Positions 17,452-26,832 of a stretch of DNA of 64,000 nucleotides are shown in pieces. The stretch is from an uncultured virus (IMG/VR IMGVR_UViG_3300021958_000026). Taxonomy: Duplodnaviria > Heunggongvirae > Uroviricota > Caudoviricetes. The stretch is from IMG/VR virus record IMGVR_UViG_3300021958_000026; one strand, given 5' to 3'. The stretch's first letter is position 1, and each line of letters starts with the position of its first letter. The notes below the pieces were generated by a model. The model was not told the origin of the DNA and did not search any database. It was given only the letters and a program-made list of their open reading frames with translations. The position numbers and the translations under genes were made by a program.

Positions 17452-17823
17452 TTATACCACCTGATACTCTTTATTCCACTGTCCTACGTTCACATCCACA
17501 TAATATGCAGTGTCAAAGTAGTCAATCATCGCATCAGTGTTATCATACCACACATCTGCAGGTTTCATAGCACTAAACAACTCAACAAGAAAGTCCTTTG
17601 CCACACCACTGAAGTGTTCATGATACCAATAGGGGTTAATCTGATAATGATAACCACCATCAGAGTTAGAATCTTTTTTAAAGTCTATAGAACCACTCTT
17701 CAGGTTAACCACTAGAGTAGAATGGTTATTCACTGCAATAGACCCCTTCATACCGTACTTCTTCAGTACTTCTTTAATAGAAGGAGAGAGTTTCTTTTTA
17801 AGTTCTTGTGATACGTATGCCAT
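17452..17823 (-). CDS. Conserved phage hypothetical early protein
   Basis: MAYVSQE.KK...YDNTDAMIDYFDTAYYVDVNVGQWNK.Y motif; GAGG RBS. Confidence 0.75.
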   Translation of the reverse strand: MAYVSQELKKKLSPSIKEVLKKYGMKGSIAVNNHSTLVVNLKSGSIDFKKDSNSDGGYHYQINPYWYHEHFSGVAKDFLVELFSAMKPADVWYDNTDAMIDYFDTAYYVDVNVGQWNKEYQVV

Positions 17824-17824
17824 G

Positions 17825-17923
17825 TTAGATAACCTCTGCAATAGTAAGTAATAGAAAGACTGATACCATAGGGACGATAAAGTCACCATCTAAAAGTCCG
17901 TGTTCTTGTATAAATCTCATCAT
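17825..17923 (-). CDS. Small leaderless hydrophobic peptide (32 aa)
   Basis: ATG 6 nt after TATAAT; MMRFIQEHGLLDGDFIVPMVSVFLLLIAEVI*. Confidence 0.45.
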   Translation of the reverse strand: MMRFIQEHGLLDGDFIVPMVSVFLLLTIAEVI

Positions 17924-17929
17924 GTAGCC

Positions 17930-17962
17930 ATTATATAAAAAAGTGAGGGGCATTGTCAACAC
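17930..17962 (-). promoter_or_regulatory. Early promoter cassette
   Basis: TTGACA-ATGCCCCTCACTTTTTTA-TATAAT. Confidence 0.85.
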
Positions 17963-18345
17963 TCAGAGACACACAGGTTTGACTCTGAATCTCTCTGAGA
18001 TGCTGTGTGCGTGTGGGTGCGTGTGGAGAAACCTCTGAGACCTACCACAAAATCTCCGCCGTGTCAACCCCTTGACTCCACGTTAAAAATCGTGTTTGTC
18101 TCCCCAAACAGCACCACCAAAACCCAAAATAATCCACTTTCTCCCACTCCCCTATATTTCGATTATTATTACACACTTTGACACACTTCTACACACAATA
18201 TATTCCCTTGCACCATAATCGCCTACAAATTATATTCAAAACCCCCTATACATAAGGGTTTCAGAGTGGTATAATAGTTTTAAGTAACCGAGAAACGTAG
18301 ATATATCCAAGGTGGAATAGTTACACGTCTCTCAAAAACAATAGG
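17962..18345. other. Longest non-coding region, between divergent transcription units; repeats and strand-biased composition
   Basis: GTGCGTGTGG x2, ACACAC x3, CTCWGAG x3, hairpin AAACCC..GGGTTT, TGG-TATAAT on the plus strand. Confidence 0.5.
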
Positions 18346-18353
18346 AGTAACCT

Positions 18354-18902
18354 ATGAACTTTGAAATAAGTCAGACCTTAGATGGTCACATACAGACCTA
18401 TGATACACCTCCATCAGCAGGTAAATCAGGTCAGAAAACAGGTGCAGAGTTTGAAAAAGAAGTCTTTGATTTCCTCACCTACAATGATATAAGTGTCCCT
18501 ACACATTACCGTGATAATAAACGAATTGTTACACGTCCTGTCTACACTAATTATGTGGGCGCAAGAGGTAAAAAGGGTGATATGACTGCAATCATTAATG
18601 GTAAACAGTATCATGTTGAGTGTAAAAGACTTAACACTTGTGAGAGTCATATAGAGAAACTTGCATATATCGACTTAAACCTGAGACATAATTGTTATAA
18701 ATCGCAGCTCGTGTTAGTGTATTCTATAGGGTTGGTACCTGATAATAAGTACAATGAAGTGCAAAACATGATGAATTCGATACGTGATGCAGGTGGGTTG
18801 GTGTTTGAATATAATGAATTTAGGAGTTGGATATATGAGTCCAAAAACAAGAAAGATACATCAAGAGACTATTACAACAGTCTTTACAGGATTACTGATT
18901 AA
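18354..18902 (+). CDS. PD-(D/E)XK restriction-endonuclease-like nuclease
   Basis: GAEFEKEV...GDMTA...HVECKR; AGGAG RBS; one of the few plus-strand genes. Confidence 0.7.
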   Translation: MNFEISQTLDGHIQTYDTPPSAGKSGQKTGAEFEKEVFDFLTYNDISVPTHYRDNKRIVTRPVYTNYVGARGKKGDMTAIINGKQYHVECKRLNTCESHIEKLAYIDLNLRHNCYKSQLVLVYSIGLVPDNKYNEVQNMMNSIRDAGGLVFEYNEFRSWIYESKNKKDTSRDYYNSLYRITD

Positions 18903-19074
18903 TTACCCTTTGAATCTATTGGGTTTGTATATTTGTATTGACCTATTGGGGTGGTCTGATACGTTTTTAATAGGTACTACGATTACCCTATGGATGACAC
19001 TTGTTGCATACACTAGAGTGTTTCTGATTCGCCGTCACTTTTACAATAAAGCACATATCGATTCTGATAACTAA
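18835..19074 (+). CDS. Small two-TM membrane protein
   Basis: AGGAG RBS before MSPKTRK; ETITTVFTGLLINY...R.FLIRRHF. Confidence 0.65.
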   Translation: MSPKTRKIHQETITTVFTGLLINYPLNLLGLYICIDLLGWSDTFLIGTTITLWMTLVAYTRVFLIRRHFYNKAHIDSDN

Positions 19075-19696
19075 CCGTCTTTTGATACATGGGTTTCTTT
19101 ACGTATACGTCTAGTGCCATGGAGACACGTGGTTGTTGATATTGATTGGTTTTGACTTCGTGTTCGAGTCTATGTCCGACTATGGTGAGTTTCCCTACCT
19201 CGTTTGGTGTATATGAGGGTCGAGCGTCCCTGTAGTAGTGTGTACCAGTCTTGGGGTTACCTGATAAAAACATGTTGCAGGGTATTACCTGATTAGGGTG
19301 ATATTCATGGAAATGTCTATGCAGGTCTTCTCCTTGTCTCAGAACGTTGCACCAGCATTGTAATAATACCCAATCCAAGTCTTTAAATTCATCCAGTCCC
19401 AACAAGCGTTGTGGTATATTCAGACGTTGGAAGTCAGGGTGATTTAACCAGTTATAGACATCATGTTGTCTTGTGAGACCCTTATAGGGTTTAGTGGAGG
19501 GGTTTGGTATGGCTTTGATTCTTTCTTCGTCTCTGAGGACGATATGAGTCATATAGTCGCATTCGTCAGGTGTGAAGAATGTATCAACTTCATTATAATA
19601 ATAGGGGTCTAAGTCGAGACCCCTATTATCTTGAAGATATAACCTGTCTTCTTGTTGGTTATAATATTTGAGAATTTCTTGTTTTACAAAACCCAT
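19013..19696 (-). CDS. 2OG-Fe(II) oxygenase
   Basis: WCNVLRQGEDLHRHFH...LEHEV...PRVSMALD. Confidence 0.75.
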   Translation of the reverse strand: MGFVKQEILKYYNQQEDRLYLQDNRGLDLDPYYYNEVDTFFTPDECDYMTHIVLRDEERIKAIPNPSTKPYKGLTRQHDVYNWLNHPDFQRLNIPQRLLGLDEFKDLDWVLLQCWCNVLRQGEDLHRHFHEYHPNQVIPCNMFLSGNPKTGTHYYRDARPSYTPNEVGKLTIVGHRLEHEVKTNQYQQPRVSMALDVYVKKPMYQKTVSYQNRYVLYCKSDGESETL

Positions 19697-20556
19697 AGGT
19701 GTAGGTACCTATCCGTAAATGGGTCTTTGTTGTCTTCTCCTCTTTCCAACACTAAGAATGAGCATTGTTTGGTGATGTCACGATATTCATGATTGAATTC
19801 GATGAATTTCGCTTCAGGTTCACCACCCATACCTCTCCAGTTATCAGGATTAGATTCGAATTCAGGTCTGACGATGTCCTCATACAGGTCATTGACTTCC
19901 TTATTCTTTGCAACATTGTCGACATGGTAACCACCGAAGGTACCCTTTTTGACTGGTAAAACAAACCCTTCGAATTCGTTCTCATAGAAATCAGCAACGT
20001 TATCGTACTTGGTTTGATACCCTTCAGGGTCTGTCATGAACTTACGATAAACATCACGTGTGTCACCTGCAACAAAACCAAAATAACAGTCACTGTACGT
20101 ATGTTCAGTGTCCCACCACTTTTCAGTTAGATGAATAAAGGGTAGGTTGTTGTCTGTGATATTGGTAATTTGTTCTGCATTGAACTTAAACGTTGTCTCA
20201 CTAGTAGTCCCTCTGTCAGGGATACCATCAAAACAGAATCCTCCTGCTAGGTCACGTGCAATGATGTTTGCATCGAAATACATGGTCTTAGTACCAGCAC
20301 CGAAGAAATCATCGTAATTATGCAGTTCTAGTGGAATAAATTTAGGGTTGGTGATTTTATCGTTACCCAAATAAGGAATAACACGAATGTCTTCATCCAA
20401 TCCTGTCTTGTCGTCAGTCAATACGTTTAGACGACAATTTTGAAATCCTACGTCACGTAAGACTCGAATACGGTCTAAGGATAATTTGAATCGATTGATG
20501 TCCTCAGTCGTTACACCATTATCCTTGGTTTTTATACAAACTAATTCAATAGCCAT
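19684..20556 (-). CDS. Divergent glycosyltransferase-like protein (GT-A?)
   Basis: LVCIK...LNVLTDD..GLD...MYFDANII pattern resembles phage GT-A proteins. Confidence 0.45.
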   Translation of the reverse strand: MAIELVCIKTKDNGVTTEDINRFKLSLDRIRVLRDVGFQNCRLNVLTDDKTGLDEDIRVIPYLGNDKITNPKFIPLELHNYDDFFGAGTKTMYFDANIIARDLAGGFCFDGIPDRGTTSETTFKFNAEQITNITDNNLPFIHLTEKWWDTEHTYSDCYFGFVAGDTRDVYRKFMTDPEGYQTKYDNVADFYENEFEGFVLPVKKGTFGGYHVDNVAKNKEVNDLYEDIVRPEFESNPDNWRGMGGEPEAKFIEFNHEYRDITKQCSFLVLERGEDNKDPFTDRYLHLWVL

Positions 20557-20581
20557 TTTATATTATATCTCCAATAATAAA

Positions 20582-20920
20582 TTAACTTCTTCGCATCCGT
20601 GCAATATCTTTTGCATGTTCCTTGTCTTCCATGAAGATAGGCACCATGTTAGATTTGTGCATGGTTGCGATTCCTAACAATTTCCTCTCGCCACTATACA
20701 CCATGGGTTCTTGACGTGGGGTCAAGTTTCCAGTTGTATGTGTGACTAGGGATGGAATTTCTTCCTTCACTTCTCTCATCACTTGGTCATAAATCTTCTG
20801 TTGTTGAGAGATTAGTTCATTATATTTAGTACGTTTTGACACAGTCTTAAAAGCATTGGTTTTTCTTTTCTTACCATGTGGCCCGTACTTGATACTTGAA
20901 CCTAAATTTAAAAATCCCAT
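20582..20920 (-). CDS. Conserved basic hypothetical protein
   Basis: YSGERKLLGIATMHKSNMVPIF motif. Confidence 0.7.
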   Translation of the reverse strand: MGFLNLGSSIKYGPHGKKRKTNAFKTVSKRTKYNELISQQQKIYDQVMREVKEEIPSLVTHTTGNLTPRQEPMVYSGERKLLGIATMHKSNMVPIFMEDKEHAKDIARMRRS

Positions 20921-20977
20921 AACTGACTCACTTATAATACAGTAATACTTCTATTGTACTACAGATGAGTCGTTCTG

Positions 20978-21196
20978 TCAATAGTGTTCTTCGTCTTTGT
21001 ACATGAGTTTGTAGTCATCGTCTACCACTCTGAGTTCAATGCCGTTGTCTGTCACGTTGCACACTAGAGTGTCACCTAGTTCCAGTCCCAACATCTGTTG
21101 AGAAATCCCTGCATCTAATCGAATACCACTTTCCATCACTTCAATAACGTATCCATGAAGTGTTACCGACCTACGGTCTCTATCTTGTTCAGTCAT
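20978..21196 (-). CDS. Hypothetical protein (AbrB-like?)
   Basis: AAGGAG RBS before MTEQD; LGLELGDTL pattern. Confidence 0.6.
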   Translation of the reverse strand: MTEQDRDRRSVTLHGYVIEVMESGIRLDAGISQQMLGLELGDTLVCNVTDNGIELRVVDDDYKLMYKDEEHY

Positions 21197-21206
21197 TTTA
21201 GTCTCC

Positions 21207-21509
21207 TTAGACTTCTTTGATAAAAATACCATCGACCATCTTTCCTTTACGGTCTTTGATATCCATCCATGCTTGGTTCATACAGTCACCCAAGGATAGA
21301 TTGTTTCGTGTTGCAATGTTAATTAACACTACAATACAGTCTCCGATGTCGTCTGCAACATCCTTACCCTTGCATACATTGTCACTGAGTTCACCGACTT
21401 CTTGAATCAGTTTGCATACTTGGTCTTTATCGTTTGCACCTTCGATAAGGTTTCTATCGTAGTGCCATTGTTTGATATTCTGTTCTAGTACATCTAAATC
21501 GTATCTCAT
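21207..21509 (-). CDS. MazG-like nucleotide pyrophosphohydrolase
   Basis: KLIQEVGEL...DDIGDCIVVL...IKDRKGKMVDGIFIKE. Confidence 0.85.
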   Translation of the reverse strand: MRYDLDVLEQNIKQWHYDRNLIEGANDKDQVCKLIQEVGELSDNVCKGKDVADDIGDCIVVLINIATRNNLSLGDCMNQAWMDIKDRKGKMVDGIFIKEV

Positions 21510-21532
21510 TACTGAGTCCTCATGTTAAAAAA

Positions 21533-21620
21533 TGGCGGAGAGGGTGGGATTCGAACCCACGGAACCTTTCGGTTCGCTGGTTTTCAAGACCAGTCTATTC
21601 GACCACTCTAGCACCTCTCC
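21533..21620 (-). tRNA. tRNA-Ser(TGA)
   Basis: GGAGAGG...CTGGT CT TGA AA ACCAG, long variable arm, CCA. Confidence 0.95.
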
Positions 21621-21624
21621 TTCA

Positions 21625-21700
21625 TGGTGGAGCTGGGCGGGTTCGAACCGCCGACCCCCTGCTTGCAAAGCAGGTGCTCTCCCAACTGAGCTACAGCCCC
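21625..21700 (-). tRNA. tRNA-Ala(TGC)
   Basis: GGGGCTG...CCTGC TT TGC AA GCAGG...CCA; G3-U70 pair. Confidence 0.95.
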
Positions 21701-22374
21701 AAATCAAAATCTTCTTTCCATAACCATTGTACAAACAGTTTGGTCTGTTCGTCAAGGGGAAATTTGGGTAATATAAAATCATTTAGCATCTTTTTTGATG
21801 CATCTTCATTCGTCCATACTTTTGTGGTAAAATCTACAGACACATTATTACAGATGGGTGCAACCTCTCCTCTAACGTCCTTGATATGTATGGTACGTGC
21901 AAAAGGTTTACCGTCTCTACATATCCATCGTGCCTGTGGTGACATAATCATGTTAGTGTACACTTGATGGAATCTTGATTCACTCATCTGTCCTCTGAAC
22001 TTAGGGACACCAGTTCCGTCTACATCTAAATTCATCATCACTGGAATGAATCGAAGACAAGACACAAACCTTTCATATGGGTCACGTGTCATAGTGAACA
22101 CATCGATGTTGTTCTCATCTATCCAGTCACCTAGTGTAGGATAGAGTTCAAATGCTTGGTCGATTGTGAGGTGAGCATGGTCATGCATTTCAACCTCTTC
22201 CATCTTTAAATTAGGATTATTAAAGAGTGGAAGAACACCATGCAGTGTCCTAAACCGATATTGATGCCCATAGTTCATTTTTACATAGTTCAGTAAAAGT
22301 GAACCTGCAGTTTTAGGTGCATGAAAAAACAACCCTTCAAATTTACGTGTTTCTAAATTTTGTAATCCGTACAT
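21691..22374 (-). CDS. Sulfotransferase family protein
   Basis: [10 protein letters not shown] (PAPS loop), RDPYERFVS. Confidence 0.8.
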   Translation of the reverse strand: MYGLQNLETRKFEGLFFHAPKTAGSLLLNYVKMNYGHQYRFRTLHGVLPLFNNPNLKMEEVEMHDHAHLTIDQAFELYPTLGDWIDENNIDVFTMTRDPYERFVSCLRFIPVMMNLDVDGTGVPKFRGQMSESRFHQVYTNMIMSPQARWICRDGKPFARTIHIKDVRGEVAPICNNVSVDFTTKVWTNEDASKKMLNDFILPKFPLDEQTKLFVQWLWKEDFDLGL

Positions 22375-22479
22375 TATGTAATCTGTAGTGTCAGTGACAT
22401 GAGTATTGTTATAAGAATGAAAAACACTGCACCCAATCCGAGTGCAGTGAATAACACATTTGCTAAGTTAGGAGAGAAC

Positions 22480-22668
22480 TTATCGAGTTCTCTTTTCGTC
22501 CCTACCCCTGTTAACAGGTTTTTTATTCTTCTTATCACGTTCTATATGCCAATCATGAGAGCAATATGCATCACAAAATACATGAAGATTGCTATCATCA
22601 ATCCAATACTTCACTTGAGTCAGGTCTAACATCGTCTGACACTGACTGCACTTCTGAAATTGACTCAT
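22480..22668 (-). CDS. Small zinc-finger protein
   Basis: CSQC...FCDAYC. Confidence 0.6.
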   Translation of the reverse strand: MSQFQKCSQCQTMLDLTQVKYWIDDSNLHVFCDAYCSHDWHIERDKKNKKPVNRGRDEKRTR

Positions 22669-23290
22669 CGTCTGTTCCTTCTTCTAATTGTTCGTCTTGA
22701 AATCCAAACCAAATTGCAAAGACCCATCGTTCTCCTTTGTATATGGGTTCCACTCCATGCCATCTTTTGGTTGAATGATTGAATGTTACCATTGTACCTC
22801 TACGAGGTTGAATTGTATGTCCTTCTACATTCAGTCTTCCTCCTTCATACTCCTCATTAAGAAAGAATATTGCAGTTGCAGTGTCCTCACTGTCTGCATC
22901 ATCTTTATGAAACGGAAATAATGTACCCTCAGGATATCTAATAATTTGTGCATAATTAACTTTGCCATATTCAGGTGCTTTAGGTAAGTAGTCGTAACAA
23001 AACTCTATACATCTATCGAACTCTACACTGCCTGGCTGGAGAACTGTAAACTCTTTAGTGTCAGGTATAGAGTACTTCCAAGTGTGGTTCATGTCCTCTT
23101 CATTTACTGCAGCAACCTTATTTTCCTGTCCTTCATGTCCCATGGTTATTTCTGAAAAGGGAAGTCGCATGTGTTCATTAATTATATTATCACATTCCTC
23201 TCTTGACAAGAGTCTTTCTCCAATAATTAACATTGGAGGTGCATTGTCGTCAAAATCTTGTTTTACTCTTTTAATATCTCTTCTTTTCAT
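22598..23290 (-). CDS. 2OG-Fe(II) oxygenase (prolyl-4-hydroxylase-like)
   Basis: FPFHKD, YEGG, WHGVEPI..GERW. Confidence 0.9.
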   Translation of the reverse strand: MKRRDIKRVKQDFDDNAPPMLIIGERLLSREECDNIINEHMRLPFSEITMGHEGQENKVAAVNEEDMNHTWKYSIPDTKEFTVLQPGSVEFDRCIEFCYDYLPKAPEYGKVNYAQIIRYPEGTLFPFHKDDADSEDTATAIFFLNEEYEGGRLNVEGHTIQPRRGTMVTFNHSTKRWHGVEPIYKGERWVFAIWFGFQDEQLEEGTDDESISEVQSVSDDVRPDSSEVLD

Positions 23291-24003
23291 TAGACTTGTC
23301 CATTGTAGTTAGGATTACCCCAAGGGTGGAAGAATCTCACCAATGTGTATCTCCACTTATCACCTGTAAATTTACTATAATCATCAATCCATGCACCATG
23401 TAATCTGTTGCCAGGGAATATGACACATCTATTGAACTTTGCAGGAATGATGTGTTCAACTGTAAAGTCATTCTCTACTGGATACAATAGATTCTTCTGT
23501 TCATCATTATGTATCCATTCACCACCATAGATTGCAGTACCACCATCATCCTCTTTGTCCAAATACACTAGCATGTTAAGTGTTGCACTCAAATCAGGAC
23601 ATGAAAGTTCACTGTCGATATGAGGGTAGTGTTGCAGTTTATTATCAAACACTGTAAGAGTTTGAAAACAGTTCACTTCAATGATGTTCTGAAAACTGTA
23701 TTCACCTTTCCAAAAATGCTGTCTGCATATGTCTTTGATTCTCTCGTTACTGTTAGTGTATAATCTTGTTGGATGACCAACTGTGTCTACAACTCTACAA
23801 TCATTATAGTCAATACCGTTTCTAGAATTCTTTCGTTCTGAGTTGTATTTCCACATCGGCACTGGACGTGACATTAAGTGTTCATAAATGTCATCAGGGT
23901 TCTCGTAAAAGTTATCAATTGTGATAACTTGAGTCTCCTCATCATATTGAGGTTCAATCGTTGGACTTAATGCCCATAATTCTTCTGTTATATAAGGTTT
24001 CAT
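23290..24003 (-). CDS. 2OG-Fe(II) oxygenase-like protein
   Basis: IDNFYENP, PHID, GGTAIY, KFNRCVIF...LHG, R. Confidence 0.8.
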   Translation of the reverse strand: MKPYITEELWALSPTIEPQYDEETQVITIDNFYENPDDIYEHLMSRPVPMWKYNSERKNSRNGIDYNDCRVVDTVGHPTRLYTNSNERIKDICRQHFWKGEYSFQNIIEVNCFQTLTVFDNKLQHYPHIDSELSCPDLSATLNMLVYLDKEDDGGTAIYGGEWIHNDEQKNLLYPVENDFTVEHIIPAKFNRCVIFPGNRLHGAWIDDYSKFTGDKWRYTLVRFFHPWGNPNYNGQV

Positions 24004-24755
24004 TTTAAAAAGTTATAAGACATAGGTGTACCATGTTGAGTGTTATTCAATGGTTCGTTATGTGTAAGGTTAAAGGATATTGATATACGTTCATAGTTGT
24101 CTGCCCTCTCAGGGTCAGGTGCAGGAACACCATGCATAAGATATGAGGGCCATAATAAGAACTCTCCTTCTCTAGGGAAGACTTGTATTTCATGTTGCAT
24201 GGTTGGAGTACCATACACTTTCATGTTTTCTAAACCTTGAATGTCATCATAGTATTCCATCTTTGCACGTGTAGCAAACTCTGCAACGTTATTTGGACTA
24301 AAAAACTTTATAGGTTGTGTGTCAACTGTCTTGACGTAAAATGTTCCTGAAATTAAAGAGTTGACATGGTTATGTGTGTCATGCCAATTTGCACCCTCAT
24401 ATCTGTTGACCCATGCACAAAAATGAATATCTGACCTATTCAATGCATCTACTTGATAATTGTAATGCAATCTAATAAACTCAATGTAAGAGTCTTTCAT
24501 GCAGTTTGCAAAATCCTCAAACCATGGCAATGATTCAGTCTTCTCTCTTGAATCTTCATGAAAATATGATGTGTATGTGTTGTTCACTTCACCATCAGGA
24601 TTACGTTCTTTTATCTCTGCAATGATGTCTCTTACGTCATCTGCAACTTCGTTTAAGTTTAGTGGACAGAATCCTCTGAACATGGGTGTTGCAAACAGTT
24701 GTAAGTGTTCACCTTTTGCAGGTTGATATTGTGTTTTAGGGTTGTTTGGTCTCAT
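24000..24755 (-). CDS. 2OG-Fe(II) oxygenase
   Basis: LFATP, WVN...HNH, SGTFYV, WPSYLMHGV, RISISFN. Confidence 0.85.
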   Translation of the reverse strand: MRPNNPKTQYQPAKGEHLQLFATPMFRGFCPLNLNEVADDVRDIIAEIKERNPDGEVNNTYTSYFHEDSREKTESLPWFEDFANCMKDSYIEFIRLHYNYQVDALNRSDIHFCAWVNRYEGANWHDTHNHVNSLISGTFYVKTVDTQPIKFFSPNNVAEFATRAKMEYYDDIQGLENMKVYGTPTMQHEIQVFPREGEFLLWPSYLMHGVPAPDPERADNYERISISFNLTHNEPLNNTQHGTPMSYNFLK

Positions 24756-25248
24756 TCTTTTTCACTTCCACACCAACAGCAGGTTCGTCATTGATGGTTA
24801 CATTACGATAATATACAACTACCTCACCCATTTGTTGGATGTATCTACGTAGTTCTTGCATGTTTGCAGACATCATTTCATAGTCTCCAATTGTGGTTGC
24901 AACAAATACTATGTCACCACCATTCAATCTTTTCATTTCATCTAAGAATCTATCTAAGTATGTATAACCCTCAGGCCACTCAGGATTCTCTCTGTCTTCA
25001 GGTAGACATTCTTTTGGTCTCTTCATAGACCCATCGTCTTGCAATCGTTTAATACAAGGATTGGTGATGACTGCTTCTGACACTACGTACCACTTAGGAT
25101 TCTGTAAATCAATTGGACGTGGTAATGTGGGTTGGATGATTTCCAACTTTACTGGTTCCGACTTAACCTCTATCTGACGTGTTCCTAATAAGGAACAACC
25201 ACTAATCAGAATCAGGAGAGTCGAGATTGCTAATGTTCTTGCTATCAT
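24736..25248 (-). CDS. Outer-membrane spanin-like lipoprotein (Rz1-like)
   Basis: Lipobox ISGC, Pro-rich segment, C-terminal helix; overlaps the upstream TM coiled-coil gene. Confidence 0.65.
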   Translation of the reverse strand: MIARTLAISTLLILISGCSLLGTRQIEVKSEPVKLEIIQPTLPRPIDLQNPKWYVVSEAVITNPCIKRLQDDGSMKRPKECLPEDRENPEWPEGYTYLDRFLDEMKRLNGGDIVFVATTIGDYEMMSANMQELRRYIQQMGEVVVYYRNVTINDEPAVGVEVKKNETKQP

Positions 25249-25582
25249 TCTCTATATCCTCAAAAACACTTGCAGTTCCATTGTTGATTCTTGTTTCAAT
25301 CAAGCCTGGTTTTGCAAGTGCAAGTTTATCTAAATTATGTCTTCGAAAGATGTCAAGATATCTATCTTTCTCTGCCTCTATTCGTGCATTTGCACGAGTC
25401 ATGGTCTGTAGTGCTTTACCCTGTCTTTCAAAGTTTTCTTTGATGGTCTCTATGGTACGTTTCTGTTCTTCGACTGCACCTTCCAACTTGATGTTGTTTG
25501 CAGTGAGTGTTTGATTCTCATTATACAAATACCATGACCCTAGTCCTAGTACCAGTATAATTGCAATAAAAAATTGATTCAT
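25202..25582 (-). CDS. Inner-membrane spanin-like protein (Rz-like)
   Basis: N-terminal TM plus coiled coil, AKPGLIE motif. Confidence 0.65.
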   Translation of the reverse strand: MNQFFIAIILVLGLGSWYLYNENQTLTANNIKLEGAVEEQKRTIETIKENFERQGKALQTMTRANARIEAEKDRYLDIFRRHNLDKLALAKPGLIETRINNGTASVFEDIENDSKNISNLDSPDSD

Positions 25583-25803
25583 TATAACTCCTCTATGGTG
25601 TAAGTAAGTCCTTCTGCTGACCTAAACTCCACACATTTACCTGATTCATGTTCTTTGAATTTCAAGTGTTTTTCTTTCTGAATCAGAATTTTACTCACAT
25701 TATGTACATGTGTGAAAGTGTTACCTGCATCTGATTTCCGATACACAGTAATCTTGTACTCAGGTTTCCACCACCTCTTTATTTTTTCCAAAATCTTCTT
25801 CAT
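25582..25803 (-). CDS. Hypothetical late protein
   Basis: TAAATA late promoter upstream; translational coupling. Confidence 0.6.
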   Translation of the reverse strand: MKKILEKIKRWWKPEYKITVYRKSDAGNTFTHVHNVSKILIQKEKHLKFKEHESGKCVEFRSAEGLTYTIEEL

Positions 25804-25826
25804 AATAATATTTATTTAGTGTATGT

Positions 25827-25851
25827 AAAAAAGGGTGACCCTAGTCACCCT
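25827..25851 (-). terminator. Rho-independent terminator
   Basis: AGGGTGAC-TAGG-GTCACCCT-TTTTT, preceded by a second hairpin. Confidence 0.75.
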
Positions 25852-25867
25852 GACACTTCCCCAAGTG

Positions 25868-26269
25868 TTATGCCACCATGTTCTTATTGTATTCTCTCAA
25901 GTCCTCGATTTCCTCAATCAAGTCCTCTGCACTACCTCTCCATGTTGGGTGGTCAGGTGTGTTAAAAGGTGAATCAATCACTTCAATGTTGGTGATATAA
26001 TCAAATGAACCACTCAGACCATTCAGTCTGTTGACATGTTTCATAACAAGAGCAGCAACAGATGCCTCCGTAAGAGAAGGTGAATTGTAATAAGAGTGTT
26101 CACCCTCACCAAATGCATCTTCCTCATAGATTAGTTTGTCCACGTGGAATCCAATCACATACTCAGAACCACCTTTGAACTTATGGAAGTTAGTTCCATA
26201 CTCCTCAAGATTCTGAGTGTTGACCACATACCATCTTGCAGTCCCATCTTTAATTCTATCTAATCCCAT
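25868..26269 (-). CDS. Conserved phage hypothetical protein
   Basis: TQ.LEEYG...KFKGGSEY motif; GGAG RBS. Confidence 0.7.
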   Translation of the reverse strand: MGLDRIKDGTARWYVVNTQNLEEYGTNFHKFKGGSEYVIGFHVDKLIYEEDAFGEGEHSYYNSPSLTEASVAALVMKHVNRLNGLSGSFDYITNIEVIDSPFNTPDHPTWRGSAEDLIEEIEDLREYNKNMVA

Positions 26270-26270
26270 A

Positions 26271-26783
26271 CTATACTCCGTTTCTTAAACCTTTTAAAAT
26301 ATTGATTGTCTTTTCTGCACTCTCGTGGATGATACCAATACCACCTGCATCTTCCCATGCTTTGATGTTCTTTGGTCTATCGTCAATCAATACGAATCCC
26401 TCTTTTGCAAAGGCACCCTTTTGACTTCCACTGTAAGTACAAGTAACAACAACTGTGGGGTCAATATACTTTCTTACCCACTTGTTCTTGTCATAGACTA
26501 CCAACTCTCTGTTCACAGTTCCTGCGGCAGTGAGTATCTCCCAAGGAAGACCAGTGTGTTTGATATATCCAATCAAATCTGCATAGTCAACCATTGGAGG
26601 TAACATTCCGAATAGTCTTTTGTTAGTTAATTCTTCTTTCCTGAGGTCATACTCAGAGTGACCAGCATCATCACTGGTGAGGGGTTTACCCATCATTTCA
26701 GAACATCCAGCAAGGAAGTCTGCAACAACTCCGTCCATATCAACGAAGATTCTTTTTACTTTGTTTACGTCTTTTTTCATCAT
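26271..26783 (-). CDS. 5'(3')-deoxyribonucleotidase, HAD superfamily
   Basis: FVDMDGVVADF, ILTA, K, LIDDRPKNIKAWE.AGG.GI; start corrected because the track start lies in the promoter. Confidence 0.85.
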   Translation of the reverse strand: MMKKDVNKVKRIFVDMDGVVADFLAGCSEMMGKPLTSDDAGHSEYDLRKEELTNKRLFGMLPPMVDYADLIGYIKHTGLPWEILTAAGTVNRELVVYDKNKWVRKYIDPTVVVTCTYSGSQKGAFAKEGFVLIDDRPKNIKAWEDAGGIGIIHESAEKTINILKGLRNGV

Positions 26784-26823
26784 GTGTATATAATAACAAA
26801 AAGTGAGGGGCATTGTCAACCCC
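26784..26823 (-). promoter_or_regulatory. Early promoter cassette
   Basis: Near-identical to 4083-4122. Confidence 0.85.
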
Positions 26824-26832
26824 TTTGGGGAT

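Noticed and set aside
21525..21782. ORF-track entries over tRNA-Ser/Ala, and the N-terminal part of 46709-47035 over tRNA-Asp/Glu
   Set aside because: These are readings through tRNA genes, not proteins
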